Shown here: positions 26,464 through 33,657 of the stretch, piece by piece | Position numbering within the stretch: position 1 is the first letter of the stretch | How the letters are laid out: every line of letters begins with the position of its first letter | Virus record (IMG/VR): IMGVR_UViG_3300045988_053705 | Coordinates: 1 to 44,725 of that record | DNA length: 44,725 nt | Origin: a virus | Direction: 5' to 3' (one strand) | The notes under the pieces: generated by a model | Databases searched by the model: none | What the model was told of the DNA's origin: nothing | The model's input: the letters and a program-made list of their open reading frames with translations, nothing else | Program-made: the position numbers and the translations under genes

Positions 26464-28143
26464 TTACCTTTTAAATACTTGTATTGTTACTTTGTCATCT
26501 TCAACAACTCTCAACAAGATAGCATCTAAAGAAGTCTCTTTAATGTATCCTTTAAGATGTTCTTTCAAAGACTTTAAAGAAGGCATAGATACTGAAGAAT
26601 TAATACCTTTATAAAGATATAAACATCCTTCAGAGAATACATTTCTATCTGTTCTGGCACCTCTAATACCGAAGTGAGAAGTAGAAATTTCACGTGAAGA
26701 AGATGTGATAGAATCTAATAGAATGCCACCATTAATATAAGTAATGACAGCAAGAGATGAAACAGGACTTGAAAAATACTTTGAGTATTCGTGTTTACTC
26801 TTTTCTTCAGGAATATTTAAACCTGTTATAGGACATCTCTTAGGTGTAAAGAGAACACCATTAACGATAACGCTAGGATTATCTAAGTTTATAGTGCCAA
26901 TGCTACTACAAGACTTTGCATATGTAAGGAAATCAGAGTAATCTCTCATCCATTCTGGAATATACTCTGCATCAATATTGATACCACAGCCATACTTAAA
27001 GTCTACTTTATTTCTTCTGTTATCAGCTATTAAAGAATCTGAATAGAACTTTAATTCTTCTCTAAAGATTCTATACAATCCTTTGCCTCCATTAAAAAGA
27101 CTTCTTCTCTCATCTGAACTATGAGGACCATCACAGATAGCATTGAACTTATCTTTTAAGAACTTGCAACAGAATTCAATAAGAAGATTGTAGTCACTGT
27201 TACGATACTTTTTATCAAGCAACAAGTTTTTATTTTCATCAGCATATCCCCAAGCTCTCCATAACATATTAGGACTATGGAATTTTGTGCCAGAGATAAC
27301 AGATGTTTTCATCACATCCCCTGTAGTTCCATACACAATAAAGCTTTCATCAGCTGTTACAAAAGGAACAAAGCCATACCAACATTTATAATTAGATGAT
27401 AGAGCAAAGCAAGATTGAAAAGCATTACCATAAGAACAATAGAAATAATCAATAGGATTCTTAGAGATAACAATAGCTTTCATTTCAGAGTACATAGAGA
27501 GCCTATCTGTTTGCTTACGTTCAACAAGGAACTGCTTAAGTCTGTATCTATCAACTTCTGAAAGAGGAATGAAGATACGATTGTTAGTAACTTTAAAGTC
27601 TTTGAAAGCTTCAAGTACAAACTCGTGTTCCTTATTAGCGTACTCATAGATTTCTTTACCAAGTCCATTAGGATATTGTGACAAAGCTAGTAAAGCTTTC
27701 AATTCTTCCAAAGGATTAAGAGACTTCAAAGGACAGTCAACAGATTGAGAGTAATCAAAGGAAGCATCAATTTCATCCATATGCTTTTTGAAATCAGGAT
27801 TTAACAGACACTCATCAATATCAGGATAAGCATCAATACCAGCAGCTTTAAGGAGTCTTAAAGTATCAATGTAATTATCGAAAGATACTGTTAAAGATAC
27901 TTTACCTTCAATCTTTTTAAGATACTCTTCATTTATCAACGAATAAACTTTCTTATCTCTGAGAACATAGCTATTAAATACTTCCAAGAACTCTTTAAGT
28001 TTATCATCGATAGCCATAATAAAGGTATCACTTTCAGATTTATCTATCTTTGAAAGGTCTTCTCTCTTCATTTTAGACACATCAATATCTTTAAACAATA
28101 ATTCAATAGCTCTAAAAGCTCTTATAATCTCTTCGTTTTGCAC
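26464..28143 (-). CDS. Large early protein of unknown function (559 aa)
   Basis: Uninterrupted ORF, first large gene after the early-region terminator. I recognise no motifs. Confidence 0.5.
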   Translation of the reverse strand: MQNEEIIRAFRAIELLFKDIDVSKMKREDLSKIDKSESDTFIMAIDDKLKEFLEVFNSYVLRDKKVYSLINEEYLKKIEGKVSLTVSFDNYIDTLRLLKAAGIDAYPDIDECLLNPDFKKHMDEIDASFDYSQSVDCPLKSLNPLEELKALLALSQYPNGLGKEIYEYANKEHEFVLEAFKDFKVTNNRIFIPLSEVDRYRLKQFLVERKQTDRLSMYSEMKAIVISKNPIDYFYCSYGNAFQSCFALSSNYKCWYGFVPFVTADESFIVYGTTGDVMKTSVISGTKFHSPNMLWRAWGYADENKNLLLDKKYRNSDYNLLIEFCCKFLKDKFNAICDGPHSSDERRSLFNGGKGLYRIFREELKFYSDSLIADNRRNKVDFKYGCGINIDAEYIPEWMRDYSDFLTYAKSCSSIGTINLDNPSVIVNGVLFTPKRCPITGLNIPEEKSKHEYSKYFSSPVSSLAVITYINGGILLDSITSSSREISTSHFGIRGARTDRNVFSEGCLYLYKGINSSVSMPSLKSLKEHLKGYIKETSLDAILLRVVEDDKVTIQVFKR

Positions 28144-28157
28144 TTTACTTCTCCTAC

Positions 28158-28187
28158 ATAAAAGAATACGGGGAGCAAAGCTCCCCG
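28158..28187 (-). terminator. Rho-independent terminator on the minus strand
   Basis: Perfect 8-bp GC-rich stem CGGGGAGC/GCTCCCCG with a 3-nt loop. On the minus strand it is followed by TATTCTTTTAT. It lies between the 125-aa and 559-aa genes. Confidence 0.7.
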
Positions 28188-28204
28188 ATTACACAAGCCT
28201 ACTA

Positions 28205-28582
28205 TTAGTCTAAGCTAATGATTTTAGACCCAAGTCTTTCTTCATCATACTTAAGGCCAGTCTTGTAATGACAATCATTATCACCAGCAACACGAGTGTA
28301 CCAGCCTTTATTATCCTTTTGAAGAACCTCAGTTACAGTTCCCCAAGTATGTTTAGTACCTGTACCATCCTTTTTAATGTGGCATACCATAACTCTATCA
28401 CCTACATTAAAGTCTGTGTAAGGCATTTCAGGAGCTGCTGCCTCAGACGAAACAACATTGACAGTGATGTTTACAGAATCACCAGCAGCTTTTTTCAAAT
28501 CAGCAATCAGTTTGTTAATATCCAACATATTCTTTTCCTTTTCTATTAAGTTAAAACAAGCCCTCTTAAGGGCGGCTATCAT
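28205..28582 (-). CDS. Hypothetical early protein. The start is possibly the internal MLDINKL.
   Basis: ORF track. Confidence 0.4.
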   Translation of the reverse strand: MIAALKRACFNLIEKEKNMLDINKLIADLKKAAGDSVNITVNVVSSEAAAPEMPYTDFNVGDRVMVCHIKKDGTGTKHTWGTVTEVLQKDNKGWYTRVAGDNDCHYKTGLKYDEERLGSKIISLD

Positions 28583-28639
28583 AGCTGTTACCAGCTTATG
28601 AATCTTTCAGAACCATATTTAAAACACCTACTGCAATCA

Positions 28640-28915
28640 TTAAAGTTCTCCTAATGTAATTTGAGACTGATTATATCTTATATAATTTCCTCTGCGTATT
28701 GTATCATTATAAGAGACACTTCCAAAAACTTGATATATGTATTCAAAAGCTCCTGTCTTCCTTATAATAACAGGCTGATGGATATTATTTTCGATAACGT
28801 GTTCAAGCCATCTACAATAGCGCTCTCTAAATGTAACATTAAAAAGAGCATTTAAATTATTAATAACTTCTTTAGGCTGAAACAACACAGCTTTATTAAG
28901 TTCCCATTTATACAT
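28640..28915 (-). CDS. Small early protein, paralogue of the 24119..24370 family (C-terminus ...GAFEYIYQ...QITLGEL)
   Basis: Shared GAF...ITLGE[LI] C-terminal block. TAGGAGAATTATAAAATG ribosome-binding site. Confidence 0.45.
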   Translation of the reverse strand: MYKWELNKAVLFQPKEVINNLNALFNVTFRERYCRWLEHVIENNIHQPVIIRKTGAFEYIYQVFGSVSYNDTIRRGNYIRYNQSQITLGEL

Positions 28916-29163
28916 CTTTATAATTCTCCTAAGAATATCAATTTATTAGTAGAGCAATCTGTGTACGGACTGTTAAAATTATAATAAGAACCACCTAAAT
29001 AAGTAATTATAACAGGTGTCTCAAGATTAGCTCTCATTACTGAGTTTATATAATGGTAACACAGTATGTAAATACTTATTAAGCACTCCACAATTAAAAA
29101 AGACTGGTGTATTTTCTACAAAAGAATACATTTTACAATTCCTTATTGTGTTTTAAAAAGTAC

Positions 29164-29192
29164 TTGACAACCTCTATAAAGTGTTGTATAAT
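29164..29192 (+). promoter_or_regulatory. Exact consensus sigma70 promoter (TTGACA-N17-TATAAT) on the plus strand, pointing against the leftward early genes
   Basis: TTGACA at 29164..29169, a 17-nt spacer, then TATAAT at 29187..29192. Confidence 0.6.
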
Positions 29193-29199
29193 AACCTTG

Positions 29200-29497
29200 T
29201 AGGTTGCCAGGGGGTGATACTATTATTAAAGATATATTAATAGTCTATTAATAGTCTTTTAAAAGACTTGTAATAGCTGTATTAGCTTTAATATTTCTCT
29301 TAAGATTCTTACAGTATGTTAAAGAGTCTTTAACAGCAGTATAATCTTTAATATCTATTATACCTTTATTATCTTTAATAGTCTTTAATAGACTTATTCT
29401 ATCTTTTAACAGCTCTATTCTACTGTTTAAATCTTTTAAAGACTGTTTATACTTATTAGATAACATTATTAATTACTCCCTATTAAAAACTATTAAA
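29200..29497 (+). ncRNA. Candidate noncoding RNA of about 300-400 nt, running from the consensus promoter to the long hairpin terminator. It is antisense to the doubtful 72-aa minus-strand ORF.
   Basis: No plus-strand ORF longer than 5 codons between the promoter and the terminator. The region is built from reiterated TCTTTAA(C/T)AG and TCTATTAATAG motifs. Confidence 0.4.
29248..29466 (-). CDS. Doubtful 72-aa Lys-rich ORF. It lies entirely within the repeat-built candidate noncoding RNA region.
   Basis: ORF track only. Low complexity, overlapped by the promoter-to-terminator unit on the opposite strand. Confidence 0.2.
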   Translation of the reverse strand: MLSNKYKQSLKDLNSRIELLKDRISLLKTIKDNKGIIDIKDYTAVKDSLTYCKNLKRNIKANTAITSLLKDY

Positions 29498-29590
29498 GCC
29501 CTTATACAGGACTTGTTAAAGTCTATTAAAAGAATAACTCTTAACTGTCTTTAACAAGTCCTGTATAAGGGCTCTTGGTTTTGTGTTAAT
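29498..29590 (+). terminator. Perfect 25-bp inverted repeat with a 25-nt loop, followed by a T-rich tract. Likely a bidirectional terminator.
   Basis: 29498..29522 AGCCCTTATACAGGACTTGTTAAAG is the exact reverse complement of 29548..29572. It is followed by CTTGGTTTTGTGTTAATTTTATTT. Confidence 0.6.
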
Positions 29591-29591
29591 T

Positions 29592-29861
29592 TTATTTACT
29601 TAGTATTTGTATAGCTTTAACTACTCCAACACTATAAAAGTCTTTTAGAGTATAACCAGCACTACACCATTTATTAATTATAAAATCTCTTGTGTCTTTA
29701 TCAATGCCGTTGTTATTGTCTCTGATAGATAGTTTATGTTTTCTATTAGCAATAATAGTCTTGTGTTGTTCTGTTAAAGTTATTCTGTAGTGTGTACGGC
29801 TATTTAAGTTGCCTTTATGTGTTCTATTTTTAACAGATTCTTTTATGTGTGTTACCTTCAT
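29592..29861 (-). CDS. Hypothetical early protein (89 aa, basic)
   Basis: ORF track. It lies downstream of a CCGTACAG motif. Confidence 0.4.
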   Translation of the reverse strand: MKVTHIKESVKNRTHKGNLNSRTHYRITLTEQHKTIIANRKHKLSIRDNNNGIDKDTRDFIINKWCSAGYTLKDFYSVGVVKAIQILSK

Positions 29862-30256
29862 AGTATAATATCCCTTTTAAAAGCTGTTTAAAGCCCGTAC
29901 AGTACACTCTTTTAGTTTTTATGATAGACTATACCAGAAAACTATAAAACCCTCTGTACGAACCTTAAAAAGCCTCTCTAACAGTTTGGCAACTGCAATC
30001 GTACACCATAAAGATGTATCTTGCACCAAACTTTTAAAGACTGTTTACAGTAGGTGCAGTTGTAAACAACCATTTAAAGGCACTTTTTAAGGGCGTACAG
30101 AAGAAAGTTTATAATAAGGCATAAGTTATACCAAATTTTAAATAACCCCTGTCTATAGTCCTTAAAATAGCTTTTAAACTATGTCCTTAGCCAGTTAATA
30201 AATCCATAACTAACTATCAAAAGGCTACTAACAGTTTGCTAATAGCCCTTTTATAG

Positions 30257-30751
30257 CTATTTATAAGACTCTAACTGTGTCTTTAAAGTGCTCAAGTCTG
30301 CAATAGTTTTATCGGTTAAATGTAGCTTTTCTTTGCTTTTGATAGCCTTGTTAAGAAAGCTATTAAAACTTGATAGCATTGTTCTTAAGTCTTTAAAGTC
30401 TTCCGTGACTTTAACAGATACTTTCAAGTCATACCAGCAGTGATCAATAATGTAGCCATTAACCTGCAAAGGCTGATTATCAACTGTTACAATCTGCAAA
30501 TTGCCTTTATCATTGCTTTTGAGGGCTTTGATGTTAGAGCATTTTGCAAGGTACCATTTGATAATTTGAACGTCCTTAGGTGCTACAGCTCCCAATAAGT
30601 CCTGCAAAGGTTTACTGTTACGACTTAAAGCGCCTTCATAGTTGTTCAAAAAGACTTCAATAGAATCTTGCACAGTTGTTTCGTACTTCTGTCTGCTGTT
30701 TTTAATAGTCTTAAGGTTGCTAGCCAAGATTTGTAAAGCTGTTTGTGTCAT
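30257..30751 (-). CDS. First gene of the leftward early block (164 aa), function unknown
   Basis: ORF track. It sits at the divergent junction. Confidence 0.5.
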   Translation of the reverse strand: MTQTALQILASNLKTIKNSRQKYETTVQDSIEVFLNNYEGALSRNSKPLQDLLGAVAPKDVQIIKWYLAKCSNIKALKSNDKGNLQIVTVDNQPLQVNGYIIDHCWYDLKVSVKVTEDFKDLRTMLSSFNSFLNKAIKSKEKLHLTDKTIADLSTLKTQLESYK

Positions 30752-31080
30752 TTCTCTTTCCTTTCACAAATTTATTAAGTGTGTTTACGTTAGCATATAT
30801 TTTCTTTGGTGTCAATACTTTTTTAAGTATGTCATATGTAGCTTTGCTACTATTCATAGCTATCCAAGGCAAGCCAAGGGCTTTAACTTCCTTTTGATGT
30901 CTCTTTCTTCAGCTGTTATCATCTTATTTAATCCTTTTCTAAAACTTGTCTAAGATATAACAACAATTGTTGCATTTGTCAATAGTTATTTTAAAAAATG
31001 TTTATATCCTTTTTAAAATTTATATTAACTTATAACTAGTCTATAACAGATATTTTTAAATTGTCAATAGGTATTTTTAA

Positions 31081-31380
31081 ATTTTTATAGTTGTTAACAG
31101 TTTGTTTTTGTTGGTTAAAGTTGGTTAAGGGTTGTTAATAGGTTGTTAAGGATTAATAAAATTATTAACAACCGGTTACAGTTGGTTAAAGACTGTTGCA
31201 AGCTGTTGCAAGCGGGCCTGTTAAAGTCGGTTACAGTTGGTTAAAGACTGTTGCAAGCTGTTAAGGGGGTTGTTGCAAGCTGTTGCAAGCTGTTAAGGGG
31301 GTTGTTGCAAGCTGTTGCAAGCTGTTGCAAGCTGTTGCAAGCTGTTAAGGGGGTGGCAAGGGGGTGTTGGGGGCTGTTTA
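31081..31380. repeat. Iteron-like tandem and direct repeat array with G5 tracts. Candidate replication origin or regulatory array.
   Basis: At least 10 copies of the 10-bp unit GCTGTTGCAA. The 34-bp direct repeat GGTTACAGTTGGTTAAAGACTGTTGCAAGCTGTT occurs at 31174..31207 and 31229..31262. GGGGG tracts lie at 31265, 31297, 31349, 31360 and 31369. The array is intergenic, at the divergent junction. Confidence 0.6.
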
Positions 31381-31460
31381 AGGTTCAATAATACGTCGTA
31401 AAAATTTCTCCACAAAATTCCAGCAACTGGAGGCAGACTGTAAACAAGTTATTGACATGC

Positions 31461-31560
31461 CTCTAGGAGCCCGTAGGAAGCCCGTACAGAAGCTTTTAAA
31501 GACTGTCAGCAGTAACTCTACCAGACTTTTACAGATTGCTCTGTACAGCCTTCCTAGGAG
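31461..31560. promoter_or_regulatory. Imperfect palindrome of about 100 bp (CTAGGAG..GGAAGCCCGTACAGAAG ... CTCTGTACAGCCTTCCTAGGAG) directly upstream of the late promoter. Candidate operator.
   Basis: Half-sites CCCGTACAG at 31481..31489 and CTGTACAG at 31541..31548, about 60 bp apart. The same motif pair occurs at 29894..29902 and 29954..29960. Confidence 0.45.
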
Positions 31561-31574
31561 CTTTTATAAAACTG

Positions 31575-31603
31575 TTGACAATTCTTAATAAATATGTTAT
31601 AAT
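31575..31603 (+). promoter_or_regulatory. Exact consensus sigma70 promoter (TTGACA-N17-TATAAT) of the rightward structural operon
   Basis: TTGACA at 31575..31580, a 17-nt spacer, then TATAAT at 31598..31603. It lies 30 nt upstream of the first late gene, which has an AAGGA ribosome-binding site. Confidence 0.65.
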
Positions 31604-31632
31604 GCTCTTGTAAATTTAAAAAGGATGTCAAC

Positions 31633-32145
31633 ATGACTAAAGTAATATGGAAAGATGATCGTAAACGTGGCAAATATATCACCAATGCAGCTGTTGTAGG
31701 TATTGTAGAGATTATGGAAAGCTGTAGAGGTGACTACAAACCTACTTTTACACTAGCTCCACAACATGAAGACGGCTTATACAGCCTTGAACAACTGTTC
31801 CTAGAGCATTACACAGACCCTACAGAGTACTCTTTCGTTGAAGATGCCTTTGAAGGAGATGTAAAACACTGGGAAGAGTTTAAGAATGGACGTTTTATAC
31901 ACCCTCACTACCTTAAATGGAAGGCTAAAGCTGAAGGAAGACTGTTATCAGAGGCTATGTCTAAGATTGTAAGCACTGCTTTTGATGAAAACAACAAGAA
32001 TTCCTTTCAAGCTCTTAAATATCTGGTGGAACGTAACAACAAATCTTCATCAACTACTGGTAGAGGTAGGCCAAAGAAGGAAAAAGAACAGCCACAGCCT
32101 GATGATAAGCTGTTGATGGATGCAATCAAGCGTATACAGGAGTAA
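31633..32145 (+). CDS. Putative terminase small subunit or DNA-binding packaging protein
   Basis: It lies immediately upstream of the large terminase. C-terminal AT-hook-like GRGRPKKEKE. No family-level motif. Confidence 0.4.
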   Translation: MTKVIWKDDRKRGKYITNAAVVGIVEIMESCRGDYKPTFTLAPQHEDGLYSLEQLFLEHYTDPTEYSFVEDAFEGDVKHWEEFKNGRFIHPHYLKWKAKAEGRLLSEAMSKIVSTAFDENNKNSFQALKYLVERNNKSSSTTGRGRPKKEKEQPQPDDKLLMDAIKRIQE

Positions 32146-32151
32146 TAAACC

Positions 32152-33654
32152 TTGGCAGCAACTGATGAAATCCGTAAACTAGCTGAAGCTGACTTCATAA
32201 GCTTTGTAAAACTGGTTGCACCTTACAATGTTATGGGAGTGTGCCATGAAGAGTTGTGTAAATTTCTTACAAATCCTGATTACAAACCTTATAGACTTGT
32301 TCTTTACCCTCGTGGACACCGTAAAAGCTTCTATGCAGCTATGTATACTTGTTGGCGTATTGTGTGTGACCCTTCCGTTAGTATTGTTTACCTCTCTGCT
32401 ACATCTGATCTTGCAGAAAGCCAGCTACGTACTATCAAAGCTACACTAGACTCTCCCCTTGTTAGAAGAATCTGGCCAGAGCTTATCAATGTTGATGAAG
32501 GTAAACGTGAGAAGTGGACAACAACTGAGATATGTGTAGACGATCCTAGACGTAAAGCTGAAGGAACTCGTGATAGTACTGTTAAAGCTGGTGGATTGAC
32601 TACTAACATTACTGGTGCACACTGTGATCTGATTGTATTAGACGATATGGTGGTACCTAAGAACAATACTGAAGAAGGTCGTAGACAAGTTATATCACAG
32701 TACTCACAGTTGCAATCAATTCTTAACCCTGGTGGTAAGATTCTAGCAGTTGGTACAAGGTATCACCCTAAAGATATATACAGTGTAATGCAAGAGACTG
32801 CTGTAGAGATCTTTGATGATGCTGGAGAGTTGATTGGTAAAGAACCTCAGTGGGAAGTACTGCAAAGATCTGTTGAAGAGAATGGAGAGTTCTTGTGGAA
32901 TAGACAGGTCCGTAAAGACGGTAAGAGCTATGGCTTCGACTTTAGAGAGCTTGCACGAATTAAAGCAAACTATATAGACAAGTCACAGTTCTATGCACAA
33001 TACTACAACGATCCTAACGATGCTGGCTCTGCTCTGATTACTGCTGATATGTTTGAGTACTATAACAGAGATCATCTGTATACTAAAGCTGGCATATATC
33101 ATCTTAAGGACAGACAGTTAAATGTGTATGCAGCTATTGACTTTGCTTTTAGTGCACATGTGAGAGCAGATAGCACAGCTATTGTAGTGGTTGGTGTAGA
33201 CTCTGATAACAATAGGTATGTGTTAGACATCGATAGATTTAAGACAGATCGTATTCAGGACTATTACAATCACGTAATAGCTATTCACCAGAAATACAAT
33301 CTTAAGAAACTGAGAGCAGAAGTTACAGTAGCTCAGCAAGTTATTGTTACAGCTCTTAAAGATAAACTGGCAGAGAATAGTATAAGACTTGTGATAGAGG
33401 ATTACAGACCTCAGACAAAGAAAGAAGAGCGTGTGTTAGCTGTATTAAAGCCTCTATACGAGGATCACAAGATATTTCATTATAGAGGAGGTAACTGTGA
33501 GATTCTTGAAGAAGAACTTAAACAGCTTAAGCCTGCTCACGATGATATTAAGAACGCTTTAGCAGATGCGATATCCATTGCTGTAGCCCCTAAACAAACA
33601 CGATATCAAAAGAAAACTGAAATAAAAGTATTAAGCCGTTTTGGAGGAGTATAA
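32152..33654 (+). CDS. terL: Terminase large subunit (ATPase plus RNase H-like nuclease)
   Basis: Walker A-like YPRGHRKSF. Walker B DLIVLDDM. Nuclease-domain acidic residues AAIDFAFS...VVVGVD. An alternative (TTG) start is implied by the ORF track. Confidence 0.85.
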   Translation: MAATDEIRKLAEADFISFVKLVAPYNVMGVCHEELCKFLTNPDYKPYRLVLYPRGHRKSFYAAMYTCWRIVCDPSVSIVYLSATSDLAESQLRTIKATLDSPLVRRIWPELINVDEGKREKWTTTEICVDDPRRKAEGTRDSTVKAGGLTTNITGAHCDLIVLDDMVVPKNNTEEGRRQVISQYSQLQSILNPGGKILAVGTRYHPKDIYSVMQETAVEIFDDAGELIGKEPQWEVLQRSVEENGEFLWNRQVRKDGKSYGFDFRELARIKANYIDKSQFYAQYYNDPNDAGSALITADMFEYYNRDHLYTKAGIYHLKDRQLNVYAAIDFAFSAHVRADSTAIVVVGVDSDNNRYVLDIDRFKTDRIQDYYNHVIAIHQKYNLKKLRAEVTVAQQVIVTALKDKLAENSIRLVIEDYRPQTKKEERVLAVLKPLYEDHKIFHYRGGNCEILEEELKQLKPAHDDIKNALADAISIAVAPKQTRYQKKTEIKVLSRFGGV

Positions 33655-33657
33655 TAT

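Noticed and set aside
26464-28143. Possibility that the 559-aa protein, or the 1496-aa protein, is a single-subunit RNA polymerase
   Set aside because: I could not find T7-RNAP-type motifs (DxxGR, RxxxK, the catalytic D...HDS/YG context) by eye. The possibility is left open as a search to run, not claimed.
31081-31380. Possible CRISPR array suggested by the short tandem repeats
   Set aside because: The 10-bp repeats are directly contiguous or separated by other repeated units. There are no unique spacers of regular length, no leader or cas genes, and the repeats are far shorter than CRISPR repeats.
31449-31460. Third TTGACA box (31453..31458) as another promoter
   Set aside because: No acceptable -10 hexamer lies 16-18 nt downstream. 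The box sits inside the palindromic operator-like element, so it may be part of a regulator site rather than a promoter.
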